The notes: generated by a model from the sequence alone, not told the origin. Positions 18,905 through 29,527 are shown, numbered from the stretch's first letter. The stretch is 64,000 nucleotides of DNA from an uncultured Methanosarcinales archaeon (GCA_964344235.1 CAYFMJ010000001.1:32001-96000); one strand, 5' to 3'. Program-made: numbers and translations.

Positions 18905-20123
18905 CATCGTCAAAAATTACTGCTGAGCCTTTCACACGGGGGAGATGATCGATCTCTTGCTCTAAGCCATGACGCATATAACTTTGCGTTAATTGACCAA
19001 GGGCGTCGGTGTCGAGTTTAGCAGTTAGACGATGCGCCAAGACCGTATCTGCTTGTGTCATAACATCAGTATGAATTTTTCCAGGTTGCTGTGATGCTAA
19101 AATGAGAGAAATTCCGGGTTGTCTTCCTTCTCTGAGAATTGTGATTAAAGGATCTGTAGCAGCAGTTTTGCCATCTTTGGGGAGCAGTTCATGCGCTTCA
19201 TCAATTGCAACCCAAACAAGGGGTTCAGTTAACTTAGATTCGTTTTCCTTTGAGAAGTAATGCATCGCAGCGTCGACTGTTTTGAATTCCTCTGTTTTTC
19301 TAGCAAGCATCCTCTGGTTGAATAATGTCCGGCAAATTAAACCCACTACAAGCGCTTTAATTTCCCAGCCAGACGCTTGCGTTGCGTACGGAGAAACGTC
19401 TAAGACAGTTACTTGGCCACCCCGCACAATATCTTTAAGAGGTGTTCCTTTCTCAGAGAAGATTTCCCAGCCTTGTGCTTTTTTGAATTCATTCATCACA
19501 ACACTTCGAACCACAGGGTCACTTTCATGATCGGCATGCACTGTGTTGATGAGAGCTTGCATGGAATAACTTACGCCACGTTTCTTTAGATCCTGAACTA
19601 TTCTCGTGATGAGAACTCCTTCCGCAGAGTTTGGGTCAATGGAAAATGCGGTACACCAATCGTGTGGGCCAACGTCGATAGGTCTTAGAGAAAATGGAAA
19701 ATCCGTAGGGATGCCTTGTTCTTGGTATTTGTGGTAAAATCCTTCTGGAGTGTAAATTTTAACATCAAGTGGTTTTGGTTGTAATCCCCATTTTTGTAAT
19801 AAATCTGCATCTTGATAATTGGGATATTTCATCGTCCAATAAATGCCCATGGTATCGAGAAGGATGATAGAAAGGTTTTGTTTGACTTCTTTTGGAAGAT
19901 CAGCTAAGCCTTCAGCGATAGCGCCCATAGTATAGGATTTTCCGGAACCCCTTTTTCCCACGATGAATGTGACGTGTGCACCGGCGACATCTAGATAAAT
20001 TGGGTTGGATAAAGAAGTGGTTTGGCCCATTTTGACGTATTGCTTGCCAAGAAAGATTGTCCCTTCTTTGCCGAATTTTTGTACATCCTCTTTAGAGCGG
20101 CCAATAATAACATCAAACACCAT
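18774..20123 (-). CDS. HerA/FtsK-like ATPase (DUF87)
   Basis: GKRGSGKS Walker A, VAIDEAH Walker B, REGRQPGISLILASQQP. Confidence 0.85.
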   Translation of the reverse strand: MVFDVIIGRSKEDVQKFGKEGTIFLGKQYVKMGQTTSLSNPIYLDVAGAHVTFIVGKRGSGKSYTMGAIAEGLADLPKEVKQNLSIILLDTMGIYWTMKYPNYQDADLLQKWGLQPKPLDVKIYTPEGFYHKYQEQGIPTDFPFSLRPIDVGPHDWCTAFSIDPNSAEGVLITRIVQDLKKRGVSYSMQALINTVHADHESDPVVRSVVMNEFKKAQGWEIFSEKGTPLKDIVRGGQVTVLDVSPYATQASGWEIKALVVGLICRTLFNQRMLARKTEEFKTVDAAMHYFSKENESKLTEPLVWVAIDEAHELLPKDGKTAATDPLITILREGRQPGISLILASQQPGKIHTDVMTQADTVLAHRLTAKLDTDALGQLTQSYMRHGLEQEIDHLPRVKGSAVIFDDANERIFPVQVRPRLTWHGGSSPMAVKPKKQFEKTLEKLNEPNV

Positions 20124-20183
20124 GGTGAGATGAATAGAAGAGAGGATAAAAAGGTTGTGGTAAGAAAAAATAAAGTAAAAAAA

Positions 20184-21467
20184 TTATAATTTATCGTCAG
20201 TTGCGATGTGTACCCGTACGGGCTGCTTGACTTTGGAACCAGTTCCAACGATGTGTTTGATCTGTAGCTTTTCTGCCAGTTGAGCAAGTTCAGGGTCAAC
20301 TGGGCCGTCTAATGCTAACGCATAGATGCCACCGTTCAAACTTTTAATGGTGCTGTTTAGCTCGCTTAATGGCACCTTACCAAGTACGTTTAACTTCTGA
20401 TCAAAGATACACGCTCCCCGCGTACCAAGCAAATCGTCCATTGTGCTTTTGAGCACTTTCTTCTCTTCTGGGGAGAACGTGGTTCTTGCCGGGGCTGGAC
20501 GAGGTGTCCTTGTTGCTTGAGAAGATCTCTGAAACGTTCTACCGTTTTGACGGCCGTTCTGTGCACGTGGTCGTGGAGCGGGTCTGCGATCTCTGCTCTG
20601 ACGAGCTGGTTCACGAAGCGTTCCGTCATCATTTACACCTAGATCAAGCTTCGCTTGTTCAGCTGTGATTTTACCGCGAAGTGCTTTATGGATTTCTTTC
20701 TTTGTTAGCTCTTCTACTTCTTTTCCATCAGGAGCTTTACAAACGAAATCTAATTCCGCTACGTTAAGTAATTCGCGAATGATTAAATTTCCGCCTCGGT
20801 CTCCATCCACGAAAACAGTTGCTGCTTTCTTTCTGGAAAGCTCCTTAATCGTTTGTGGGCAAGATGTGCCATTCATTGCGATTGCGTTCTTGAAGCCATG
20901 CTTGAGTAACGTTAACACATCTGCTCTACCCTCAACAATGATGATTTCATCTGATTCGTCAATTGCTGGACCTGCTGCAATTCTTTCAGGACCATATTCA
21001 GTAACTTCCATCATCCGCACCGATTGCGCTACTTCGTATGCTAACTCTTGAGAGTCAGGAAGGGTTTCTCGCGTCAGACTTTGCAGAAGTTGTTTTGCCC
21101 TATCAATAACAAATTGCCTCTTGCTTGAACGAACGTCTTCGATTTTTTTAACTTCCACTTTCGCATTACACGGGCCGATTCGTTGGATAACTTCAAGAGC
21201 CGCTGCAACGATTGCTGTTTCTGTTTTGTCAAGAGAACTTGGGATAATGATTTCTCCCTTTGTTTTCCCTGAGCTTGTAGAAACATTTACTTCGATCCTA
21301 CCAATTCTGCCGGATCGTTGTAATTCTCGTAACTCTAAACCTGAGCCGAGAAGACCTTCAGTTTGTCCGAAAACAGCTCCGATGACGTCAGGTCTATCTA
21401 CTATTCCATCAATGGTGATGGTTGATTGAACTATGTATTTTGATGCTACTGGGCTTATTTTTGCCAT
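20184..21467 (-). CDS. dnaG: Archaeal DnaG (TOPRIM primase-like, exosome-associated)
   Basis: G.V.RPDVIGAVFGQTEGLLG..LELRELQRSGRIGRI.V, IIVEGRADV, DGDRGG. Confidence 0.95.
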   Translation of the reverse strand: MAKISPVASKYIVQSTITIDGIVDRPDVIGAVFGQTEGLLGSGLELRELQRSGRIGRIEVNVSTSSGKTKGEIIIPSSLDKTETAIVAAALEVIQRIGPCNAKVEVKKIEDVRSSKRQFVIDRAKQLLQSLTRETLPDSQELAYEVAQSVRMMEVTEYGPERIAAGPAIDESDEIIIVEGRADVLTLLKHGFKNAIAMNGTSCPQTIKELSRKKAATVFVDGDRGGNLIIRELLNVAELDFVCKAPDGKEVEELTKKEIHKALRGKITAEQAKLDLGVNDDGTLREPARQSRDRRPAPRPRAQNGRQNGRTFQRSSQATRTPRPAPARTTFSPEEKKVLKSTMDDLLGTRGACIFDQKLNVLGKVPLSELNSTIKSLNGGIYALALDGPVDPELAQLAEKLQIKHIVGTGSKVKQPVRVHIATDDKL

Positions 21468-21696
21468 TTTTTTGCCTCCAGTTATTATAGAAAAAGCGTA
21501 CCCCTACCTGCAGTGAACTAGTTGTTCGTTATAGTTTGTGAGGTGATAAGCATGCTTTTTCTGTGCAGAAATTGGTCTTCACACTACGTTGTGTTTGTTG
21601 GTGATGGTGTGATTGTGATCCTATTTCTTTAAAAGGCTTGTGCCTTTTCGTTGATGTATTCTTGTCAGGAATACGTGTTTGATTCATGTAAGTATG

Positions 21697-21773
21697 AAGC
21701 CCGAGTCACTAACCCCCAAGTTCATTGAATGCTTTACAGCGAACACTCCCTTAGGTACTCTCGTGTCGGGCTT
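21697..21773 (-). ncRNA. Candidate 77-nt structured sRNA (family not recognised)
   Basis: 8-bp terminal stem AAGCCCGA/UCGGGCUU, inner CUAA/UUAG and GUUC/GAAC helices, GCU-GUAA-AGC GNRA hairpin. TATA heptamer TTATATA (21802-21796) lies 23 nt upstream of the 5' end. Confidence 0.5.
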
Positions 21774-21869
21774 GTAACTCTCGTGTATTCTCTAGTATAT
21801 AAATCTATTGGTAAATTGTTCAAATTTTGTTGGAATTGGGGAGAAATTGTTTTGAATTTCGATTCTAAG

Positions 21870-21989
21870 TGAAAAATGAGGAGGAAGAAACCCCAGCCGG
21901 TTTCGAGAAACCAGCTGAGGACCCACAAAGGAAAGTTCCTTTGGGGCATCCGGTTTGACCCGGATGAAAGAGGTGGTTTTGAGGTGTTT
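21870..21989 (-). ncRNA. Candidate three-hairpin sRNA (family not recognised)
   Basis: Hairpins at 21965-21948 (6 bp), 21946-21922 (10 bp + bulge) and 21920-21891 (13 bp, with G-U pairs only on the minus strand); TTAAATA at 22017-22011; U-rich 3' tail; ends approximate. Confidence 0.45.
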
Positions 21990-22091
21990 GCTACTCGAGA
22001 GTAGTGCTCTTATTTAAATCTTTTGTTTGTTTTTACTCACTAGTGACAATAATCAGAAACATTTATATATGATAAGTTGATTGAGAGAGAT

Positions 22092-23825
22092 ATGGCTAAG
22101 AAAGATGCAGGAAAAAGGAGTGTACTAGAATCTGTCGCAAAGGGCTGGGGCTCTGTTAAAGAGGGGCGACTTGAATTTGCTTACAGGGTTGATCAATTAT
22201 TTGAAGTTGCTGGAGACAGATACCATGATTTCATACAGGGCCCTGGTTTATGGAAACCTGTTGTCGGAGGGGTTGTTGGAACTACGCTCGGAGCAGGTAT
22301 TGTTGCGTTAGCTGATTATTTAGGGCTTGAACCAGGAGCACTATGGTACTTTGGTGGTGCTGCAGGAGGCGCAGGTGTTGGGGTAAAGAAAGGGCAAGCA
22401 CTAAGGACCCGGCCAGATGGAGATCTTGAAGAGAAAGTTGAAGTAGATTATTACGGTACTGCAGTTGACGTAATTGGAGAGTATAAGAAAGCCACTCCAG
22501 ACTCATTTTCGCTAATGGACCTAGAACTTTTTGGAAGCGATTATGTTGATCCTGAAGAAAGTGAATTTAGTGTTGAAGGCGACTTACAGCACTTACCAGC
22601 AGTTATCTCGGATCGAGTAGCTGTTTTTGAGCATGGATTACAACGAATGCATTGGAATGAAGGAAATATTGAGAGAGTATCACGCTATAGGGAAAGCCGG
22701 GTGGCAAGTGCTAGAAGAGATCCTAGAAAAATTGCAACAGTCGGTTCGCGACGAATGGTTAAAGGTGGTGTGCCAGAACACACAACGTATATCGACCCAC
22801 TAGATGAACTAGTGGCAAAATCTGATGTTGGTAAAGTACAAGAAGAAAGCGCATTCCCGGTATTGTATGATGAAGCATTTGCACAGGTGCAGGAACAATT
22901 TGATAGTAATGTCGCGAGAGTTAAAAGAACACTTGCTGAGCGGAATGCACCGGAATTTGATGATAAAGGAAGATATAATGGAACAGAACATGCACGGCAA
23001 AGTAACCGAGCAGAGGATGAAGGAGACGTCACAACAAGAAGACGAAGAAGAGATGCCTTTGGTGATGAACTCACAAGTTATGCGCGAGATGTTGCTGCAG
23101 AAGCTAAGGAGGAAGGAGTATTGAAATGGTTAGGGCACAAAGTAACGAGAGGTTACTTTAGAAAAGAGGAACATGTTGAGGAAGAACCATCAGATGTGGA
23201 AGTTGCAATGGGAGAGGATTTACATGAGAGGCTAATGCAAGCTTATCAACTTGCAGATTGGGCTGCTGGTTTTTATGAAAGTAGAGGCCGGAAATTTGGA
23301 AAAGCGTTTAGAAAAGTGAGTTATGAAAGTTTAGGCTTAGTTGGTGGTTTAGGAGATCACCAACGTATAAACCCAACAAGAGCGATTTCGCGGTACAGGG
23401 ATATTGTAGAGAAACCTGCTTTGGGTATACTTGAGAATCCTGATTATATCAGTAATTTAAGAGAAGAGTTTGATAATTTAGAGGCGATTGCGCAATGGGT
23501 TAGCGAGCTTGCTCGAGAACCGCTTCCTTGGAGCGTTGAAGATATGAAAGGAAGGAAAAAGAAGAGAGCACGAAAATGGATTGCAAGGGTTTCTGAGAAA
23601 GTGCAAAACGAATTAGAAGAGATGGGCTTCTCTTTAGACCCTTATGACTTGCCAGATGTGATTACCAAGCTTAGAAGAGACATTGAGGATAGATATTGGG
23701 CAGTGCAACGGGAACAAGAAAGCCAGCCCGAAGAAAGGAGAATTGTCCCTCGTGGCCAGCATCCGGTAGATCATCTTATTCGAAGACCATCGCAAGAAGA
23801 CTTAGTGAGAGATATTGCCGCGTAG
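22092..23825 (+). CDS. Large orphan protein with a Gly-rich hydrophobic hairpin
   Basis: VGGVVGTTLGAGIVALA..GALWYFGGAAGGAGVG, otherwise charged and helical; TATA TTATATA at 22063-22069. Confidence 0.65.
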   Translation: MAKKDAGKRSVLESVAKGWGSVKEGRLEFAYRVDQLFEVAGDRYHDFIQGPGLWKPVVGGVVGTTLGAGIVALADYLGLEPGALWYFGGAAGGAGVGVKKGQALRTRPDGDLEEKVEVDYYGTAVDVIGEYKKATPDSFSLMDLELFGSDYVDPEESEFSVEGDLQHLPAVISDRVAVFEHGLQRMHWNEGNIERVSRYRESRVASARRDPRKIATVGSRRMVKGGVPEHTTYIDPLDELVAKSDVGKVQEESAFPVLYDEAFAQVQEQFDSNVARVKRTLAERNAPEFDDKGRYNGTEHARQSNRAEDEGDVTTRRRRRDAFGDELTSYARDVAAEAKEEGVLKWLGHKVTRGYFRKEEHVEEEPSDVEVAMGEDLHERLMQAYQLADWAAGFYESRGRKFGKAFRKVSYESLGLVGGLGDHQRINPTRAISRYRDIVEKPALGILENPDYISNLREEFDNLEAIAQWVSELAREPLPWSVEDMKGRKKKRARKWIARVSEKVQNELEEMGFSLDPYDLPDVITKLRRDIEDRYWAVQREQESQPEERRIVPRGQHPVDHLIRRPSQEDLVRDIAA

Positions 23826-23862
23826 GCAAGACATTTAAAGCTGATTCTTTTTTATTACTTCT

Positions 23863-24570
23863 ATGGTAACCCTAACATATCAAGAACGATTCAAAACAGC
23901 CAAAGGAGTATTTGATGAGTTTACTGAAAGAACATTATTTACATTAGAGAAAAAAGGGTTGTTTGACGAGTTAGTTTCTCCATTGAAAGTTGGAAAGGAA
24001 AGTAACGTGTTCGTTGCAGTGAAGGACGGTAAGAACGTTATTGTCAAAATTTATCGAATGCAAAATGCTGATTTTAAGAGAATGTTTGAATATATTAAAC
24101 AGGACAAACGGTACGATTTTTTACAAAATAAGAGAAGGCAGATTATTTTAGCATGGGCGCAGCGGGAATATAAGAATCTGATGAGAGCAGAAAAAAGTGG
24201 CGTGAAAGTTCCTACACCATTAGGATGGAATAATAACATTATTGTGATGGAGCTTATTGGAAAGGAAGAAGTTGCACCGCCATTAAAAGATGCATATCCA
24301 GCATATCCGTATCAGTTCCTGCAGGATGTGGTTACGGATATGAAGAGATTGTATAAAGGAGGGTTAGTGCATGGAGATTTATCTTCATTTAATATCCTGA
24401 ATAATGACGAAAAACCAGTGTTGATTGATTTCTCCCAAGCAACTCTTTTGAAAACACCGAATGCAGAAGAATTGTTGAAGCGAGATATTAAGAATGTGTT
24501 GCAATTTTTCAAGAAGTTAGGCGTGGAAGCGGATAAAGAGGAAATATATAAAAAAATAACCGAGAAATAA
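23863..24570 (+). CDS. rio1: RIO1 serine/threonine kinase
   Basis: GKESNVF, VKIYR, W..REY.NL, VHGDLS.FNIL, IDFSQA. Confidence 0.93.
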   Translation: MVTLTYQERFKTAKGVFDEFTERTLFTLEKKGLFDELVSPLKVGKESNVFVAVKDGKNVIVKIYRMQNADFKRMFEYIKQDKRYDFLQNKRRQIILAWAQREYKNLMRAEKSGVKVPTPLGWNNNIIVMELIGKEEVAPPLKDAYPAYPYQFLQDVVTDMKRLYKGGLVHGDLSSFNILNNDEKPVLIDFSQATLLKTPNAEELLKRDIKNVLQFFKKLGVEADKEEIYKKITEK

Positions 24571-24576
24571 GAGAGA

Positions 24577-25122
24577 ATGGAAACGCATGATCAACATTCA
24601 GAGTTTACGTACGAAGTAAAAATTCCAGAAGAGCGGGTTGCTGTACTGATTGGAACGGATGGAAGTACAAAGAAGTTGATTGAAGAGGAAACAGGAAGTG
24701 CGTTAGATATTACTGCAGAAGGAGACGTGGTCATTTCAGGGGAAGATGGTTTAGGATTGTATACAACCAAAGAAATTGTGAAAGCTATTGCCCGGGGATT
24801 CAATCCAAAAGTGGCGTTGTTATTGTTGAAGCAAGATTATGCGTTTGAATTGATTGACATGAAAGATATTGCAGGGAAGAGTAAGAATACCTTGCAACGG
24901 TTAAAAGGAAGAGTTATTGGGAAAGGCGGAAGAGCCAGAGAGGAGATAGAGAGATTAACAGATTGTCACGTGACTGTGTATGGGAAAACCATTGGGATTA
25001 TTGGAGAGACAGTGCAAGTGGGGTTATCTCGGCAAGCGGTAGCGATGTTGTTACAAGGAGCCATGCATAAGACTGTGTATAAATTCTTAGAGAAGAAAAA
25101 GAAAGAGATGTTATTTGGGTGA
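24577..25122 (+). CDS. KH-domain pre-rRNA processing protein (Dim2/Pno1-like)
   Basis: RVAVLIG..G..KK.IE, AIARGF.P, RLKGRVIGKGG, L.QGA.H..VY.FL; directly after rio1. Confidence 0.92.
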   Translation: METHDQHSEFTYEVKIPEERVAVLIGTDGSTKKLIEEETGSALDITAEGDVVISGEDGLGLYTTKEIVKAIARGFNPKVALLLLKQDYAFELIDMKDIAGKSKNTLQRLKGRVIGKGGRAREEIERLTDCHVTVYGKTIGIIGETVQVGLSRQAVAMLLQGAMHKTVYKFLEKKKKEMLFG

Positions 25123-25440
25123 ATCTTTAGCCCTATATGCATCAAAAATTATTTCAAGCTTGCTTTTAGCGTCTCTTAATGCAGTTAATTGTTCGCTTAT
25201 TGCGAGACTTTCTTCCATGCCCGGTACACTTGCTGCTCTTTCATAGCAACGAAGTAAGCTGTCGACATCAGATTTTCTTGGATCGTACCACATTCTAAAG
25301 TGGGCAGGTTTTTGATCAAGAATTTCTTGAACATCAGGCCTTGCGAGATATTGCCGTCTTTGTTCAGCAGCGTAGTCCGCTTCACTACAGACTAATTCTT
25401 CCTCTTCTTCTTCCAGAAATTGTCCATGAGGTTCTTCCAT
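25111..25440 (-). CDS. Hypothetical protein
   Basis: ORF with acidic N-terminus; start refined to MEEPHG at 25440. Confidence 0.5.
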   Translation of the reverse strand: MEEPHGQFLEEEEEELVCSEADYAAEQRRQYLARPDVQEILDQKPAHFRMWYDPRKSDVDSLLRCYERAASVPGMEESLAISEQLTALRDAKSKLEIIFDAYRAKDSPK

Positions 25441-25523
25441 GGAGTATTGTGTAGGATCATTTGAGATATAAAGATTTCTGTGATGAAAGGTAGGTTTAAA
25501 TAACTGGTCCAATTTGTTAAGAT

Positions 25524-26705
25524 ATGTTTTTTAAGAGGTATAGAAGTTTCAATATTAAATCTAAGAATATTATTGTTCTGTATATAGCAACATTCTTCTT
25601 TGGTTTGACTTTTTTTGCGCCAATCTGGGCGTTATACATTGAAGAAAGTCTTTTTTCCGTCGTAAATGTTGCTGTGATCATAGCAATACAATCTCTCACC
25701 GCCGTTGTATTAGAAGTGCCAACAGGTGCAATCGCAGACCTTTTTGGCAGAAGGAACACAGTTATTCTTGGCGCATTTGGTGTATTGGCCTCAACCATTT
25801 TCCTATACATTGGAGGCAGTATGGTAATGTTTATTCTTTATGCAATCTTAAGTGCTGTTGGTGGGGCATTGGCAAGTGGGGCTGATGATGCTCTTATTTA
25901 TGATACGCTAAAATCTGAAAGAAAAGAGAAACATTACAAACATATTATTGGAACATTAGGAGCATTGTGGCCATTAGGGGCGGTCATTGGATCCCTTGGT
26001 GGAGGATACCTGGCGAGTGTCTCTCTTTCCTTTCCTGTATTGATCACGATAATTCCATTTGCTCTTGGTTTTCTTCTGACGTTTTTCCTCAAGGAACCGA
26101 AATATCACAAAGAAAAAGAACATGGTGTATTAAAACAGATGCATGTTTCTTGCATGGCAATTCTGAAAAATAGACAAATTATTCTGTTAATGGCGGCAGG
26201 ATTTCTTTTCTGGGGATTAGGAGAATCAATCCATTTGTTGAAATCAATCTATTTTCTGTTTAAAGACATCCCAATTGTACAGTTCGGGTATATTTTTGCT
26301 TTAACATTTGGCTTTTCATCACTTGGACATTATAGTTCAGCGTTTTTAGCGGATAAATTCGGAGAGAAAAAGATGTTAATTATGACTTCCCTAATTGATC
26401 CCCTGTTAATCATTATATCAACTTTAACATGGGGATTGTTTTCTGCATTGTTTTTGATCTTACCTTCAATTTCGTTTGGTATTAGAAACCCGATCCTAAA
26501 CCACATGCTCAATAAAGAGGTAAGTTCACGGAGGCGGGCAACGGTTCTTTCCATTAACAGCCTTATGTGGCAATTTGGAAAAGTCATATTTGCACCGTTT
26601 GTTGGTTGGTTGGCAGATTTATACTCCATAAATACAGCGTTCATGATCACAGGAGCATTGATGCTAAGCGGGTTTTTTGTATTATTAGGTCTAAAGCAGA
26701 AGTAG
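25524..26705 (+). CDS. MFS transporter
   Basis: 12 TM; [15 protein letters not shown] motif A; [13 protein letters not shown]. Confidence 0.9.
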   Translation: MFFKRYRSFNIKSKNIIVLYIATFFFGLTFFAPIWALYIEESLFSVVNVAVIIAIQSLTAVVLEVPTGAIADLFGRRNTVILGAFGVLASTIFLYIGGSMVMFILYAILSAVGGALASGADDALIYDTLKSERKEKHYKHIIGTLGALWPLGAVIGSLGGGYLASVSLSFPVLITIIPFALGFLLTFFLKEPKYHKEKEHGVLKQMHVSCMAILKNRQIILLMAAGFLFWGLGESIHLLKSIYFLFKDIPIVQFGYIFALTFGFSSLGHYSSAFLADKFGEKKMLIMTSLIDPLLIIISTLTWGLFSALFLILPSISFGIRNPILNHMLNKEVSSRRRATVLSINSLMWQFGKVIFAPFVGWLADLYSINTAFMITGALMLSGFFVLLGLKQK

Positions 26706-26751
26706 CAATACCACCAAAACCATTATAAATTACCCTCAAAATATTTTTACT

Positions 26752-28431
26752 ATGGTTAAAAAATCAGCGGAAGAGTTAGCGAAAAAACATAGAGAAATCT
26801 CTATCGCTGAGTTTTTTGAGAAGAATAGACACTTATTAGGATTCGATAATCCTCGACGAGCGTTAATGACTGCAGTGAAAGAAGCTGTTGATAATGCGTT
26901 AGATGCGTGTGAGGAAGCACGAATTCTGCCTGAGTTGAATGTAGAGATCATTCAGCTTTCTGACACACGATTTAGGATGGTTGTGGAAGATAACGGCCCG
27001 GGAATCATAAAAAAGCAAGTGCCTAAAATATTTGCAAAGTTATTATATGGTTCGAAATTCCATAAATTATCCGCGACACGGGGGCAGCAGGGGATTGGAA
27101 TTAGTGCGGCAGTATTGTATGGGCAATTAACGACAGGAAAGCCGGCAGTGATTGTTTCTAAAACAGGAAAAGGGAAGAAGGCACATATGATCCAATTAAA
27201 AATTGATACGCAAACCAATAATCCAAAGATCTTAGCGGATGATGAAGTAGAATGGGGTGAGAAAGAACACGGAACGAGAATTGAAATTGACATGGATGGT
27301 GCGTATAATAAAGGAAAACAGTCCATTGATGAGTATTTGAAAGAAACTGCTATCGTTAACCCTCACTGTACGATTATTTACACAGATCCAAACGCGGAAC
27401 AGATTATTTTCCCACGAGCGGTTGAAGTTCTGCCACCAGAACCAACGGAAATTAAACCACACCCATATGGCGTGGAGTTAGGAATGTTAATGAAAATGTT
27501 GCAGAGGACTGATGCGAAGACATTGCAGCAGTTTTTAACAACAGAATTTGTACGAGTGGGAGCAGGAACAGCTAAACGAATCTGTGAGAACGCTTCTTTG
27601 TTACCGCGAACAAAGCCGAAGAAGATTAGTAGGGAAATGGCAGAGCAGTTGTACAAAGGAATTCAGAAAACAAAAATTATTGCACCGCCAACAGACTGTA
27701 TTAGTCCCATTGGAGAAGAGCAGTTAGAAAAAGGGTTGCGAAAAGAAATTAATGCAGAGTTTTATTGCGCGACCACGAGGCCGCCGACAGTGTATAGAGG
27801 GAACCCATTCATTATTGAAGTGGCGTTAGCGTATGGTGGAGAGCAGGACGGCGATAAAACTGTTCGGATCATGCGATTTGCAAATAGAGTGCCGTTAATG
27901 TATCAGCAAGGGGCATGTGCTACGACGAAATCCATTGGGCAAACCTCATGGCGATCGTATGGTTTACAACAAAGCAGGAACTCTTTACCTTCTGGGCCTT
28001 GTACGTTGGTTGTTCATATGACGTCTGTTTGGGTACCGTTTACATCGGAAGCGAAGGAAGCGTTAGCGCATTATGAAGAAATTATGAAAGAGATTAAGTT
28101 AGCGCTGCAAGAATGTGGAAGAAAGTTGGGAAGTTTTGTGAATAAGAAAAAGCGAATTAAAGATGAAGCGAAGAAGCGAAGTTATATTGAAAAATATATC
28201 CCTCACGTTGCAGAAGGATTGAAAGAAATTTTAGGATTAGATGATGTGAAAGTGAAGAAGATTGAGGATGATTTATGTGAGATTCTCGAACACACCCGAG
28301 GCGAGTTGGAAGAGATTACAGTTGACAACCCAGATTATGATCCAGAATTAGCGAAGATTGGAAAGGAAGAGAAAAAAGTTGAGGATACAGAAGAAGAGAA
28401 GAAGGAAACAAAACAAACGACATTAGCGTAA
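26752..28431 (+). CDS. top6B: DNA topoisomerase VI subunit B
   Basis: [45 protein letters not shown] motifs; RFANRVPL. Confidence 0.97.
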   Translation: MVKKSAEELAKKHREISIAEFFEKNRHLLGFDNPRRALMTAVKEAVDNALDACEEARILPELNVEIIQLSDTRFRMVVEDNGPGIIKKQVPKIFAKLLYGSKFHKLSATRGQQGIGISAAVLYGQLTTGKPAVIVSKTGKGKKAHMIQLKIDTQTNNPKILADDEVEWGEKEHGTRIEIDMDGAYNKGKQSIDEYLKETAIVNPHCTIIYTDPNAEQIIFPRAVEVLPPEPTEIKPHPYGVELGMLMKMLQRTDAKTLQQFLTTEFVRVGAGTAKRICENASLLPRTKPKKISREMAEQLYKGIQKTKIIAPPTDCISPIGEEQLEKGLRKEINAEFYCATTRPPTVYRGNPFIIEVALAYGGEQDGDKTVRIMRFANRVPLMYQQGACATTKSIGQTSWRSYGLQQSRNSLPSGPCTLVVHMTSVWVPFTSEAKEALAHYEEIMKEIKLALQECGRKLGSFVNKKKRIKDEAKKRSYIEKYIPHVAEGLKEILGLDDVKVKKIEDDLCEILEHTRGELEEITVDNPDYDPELAKIGKEEKKVEDTEEEKKETKQTTLA

Positions 28432-28432
28432 A

Positions 28433-29527
28433 ATGGTTAAGAAAAAAAATACAGTTGTAGAGAAAATTGCAGATGTTGCACAAGGGATTTACAATACTAT
28501 CCGGAAGATTAAACAGCCAGAGTTAGAGATGCCTATTCGTTCTTTGAGTAATGTTGCATATAACGAGAAAGAGGGGTATTTTAAGATCTTAAGTAAGGTT
28601 AAGACGCGGACACTGACTGCTTCTACGATTAAGACATTTGCACAGACATTACGGATGATGGGTTTGTCAAAGGAGCTTGTAAATGATAACGAGATTGCTA
28701 CTAAAAGAGAGGCGTATTACTTAAGTAAAAATTGGGGCGATGCGCGATTTAAAGAGCAACCAGAATCGGATTCGGTTATGGATGATATTGAAGCGATGAT
28801 GGGGGTTAACAGAGAACAAATTGGCTTTATTCCTGGTGAGAAAGGAGGAGCTGTCGCGGGTGAACTTACAGTTGTTGATGTTGACAGTGAAACGGGTGAG
28901 AAACTTGAGATAGATTGTACAAAGTTTGGGTCAGGAGCGTATTCTATTCCATCAACAGTTGAACATCTTAAATTTAAAACTAACGCTAAGTTTGTTCTTG
29001 CAATTGAAACAGCGGGTATGTTTGAACGGTTAAATAAGCATAAGTATTGGAAGCAAGCTAAATGTATTTTGATTGCAATGTCAGGAGTTCCTACAAGAGC
29101 AACAAGAAGGTTCATGAGAAAGCTTGCGGATGAACAGAAATTACCGGTGTATGTGTTTACAGACGGCGATCCATACGGATATTTTTCAATTTACAGAACA
29201 CTAAAAGTTGGATCTGGAAATGCTGCACATATTAATAAATACTTTTGTGTGCCAAATGCGAAGTTTATTGGTGTAACACCACAGGATATTGAAGATTATA
29301 AATTGCCAACGCATCCTTTGAAAGATGTTGACTTTAAGAAGATTAAAGATGTTCTGAAAAACGATCCGTTCTGTCAGCACCACAAAGAATGGCAAAGAGC
29401 GTTGAAGAAAATGGCGAAAATGAAAGTTAGGGTAGAGCAGCAGGCATTCTCAGCTCATAGTTTAAATTTTGTAATAGAGAAGTATCTTCCTGAGAAAATT
29501 AAGAATAAAAAAACGTGGTTGCCTTAG
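28433..29527 (+). CDS. top6A: DNA topoisomerase VI subunit A
   Basis: TKREAYY catalytic Tyr, IETAGMFERL, TDGDPYG TOPRIM, EQQAF. Confidence 0.96.
   Translation: MVKKKNTVVEKIADVAQGIYNTIRKIKQPELEMPIRSLSNVAYNEKEGYFKILSKVKTRTLTASTIKTFAQTLRMMGLSKELVNDNEIATKREAYYLSKNWGDARFKEQPESDSVMDDIEAMMGVNREQIGFIPGEKGGAVAGELTVVDVDSETGEKLEIDCTKFGSGAYSIPSTVEHLKFKTNAKFVLAIETAGMFERLNKHKYWKQAKCILIAMSGVPTRATRRFMRKLADEQKLPVYVFTDGDPYGYFSIYRTLKVGSGNAAHINKYFCVPNAKFIGVTPQDIEDYKLPTHPLKDVDFKKIKDVLKNDPFCQHHKEWQRALKKMAKMKVRVEQQAFSAHSLNFVIEKYLPEKIKNKKTWLP

Noticed and set aside
21697-21773. Possible degenerate tRNA-Tyr (CUGUAAA loop), fluoride riboswitch or SRP helix 8
   Set aside because: There is no D-stem or TTC T-arm, the crcB GAUG/UGAUG core is missing, and the SRP CAGG/AGCA symmetric loop is absent.
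21734-21949. 71-aa minus-strand ORF in the dnaG intergenic region
   Set aside because: No SD or domain, a weak start, and it crosses a TATA box and two structured elements that are better explained as RNA.
21914-21969. Hammerhead-like CUGAGGA...GAAA on the plus strand
   Set aside because: CUGAG is locked in the 13-bp stem, two hairpins rather than one lie before GAAA, and G-U pairing favours the minus strand.
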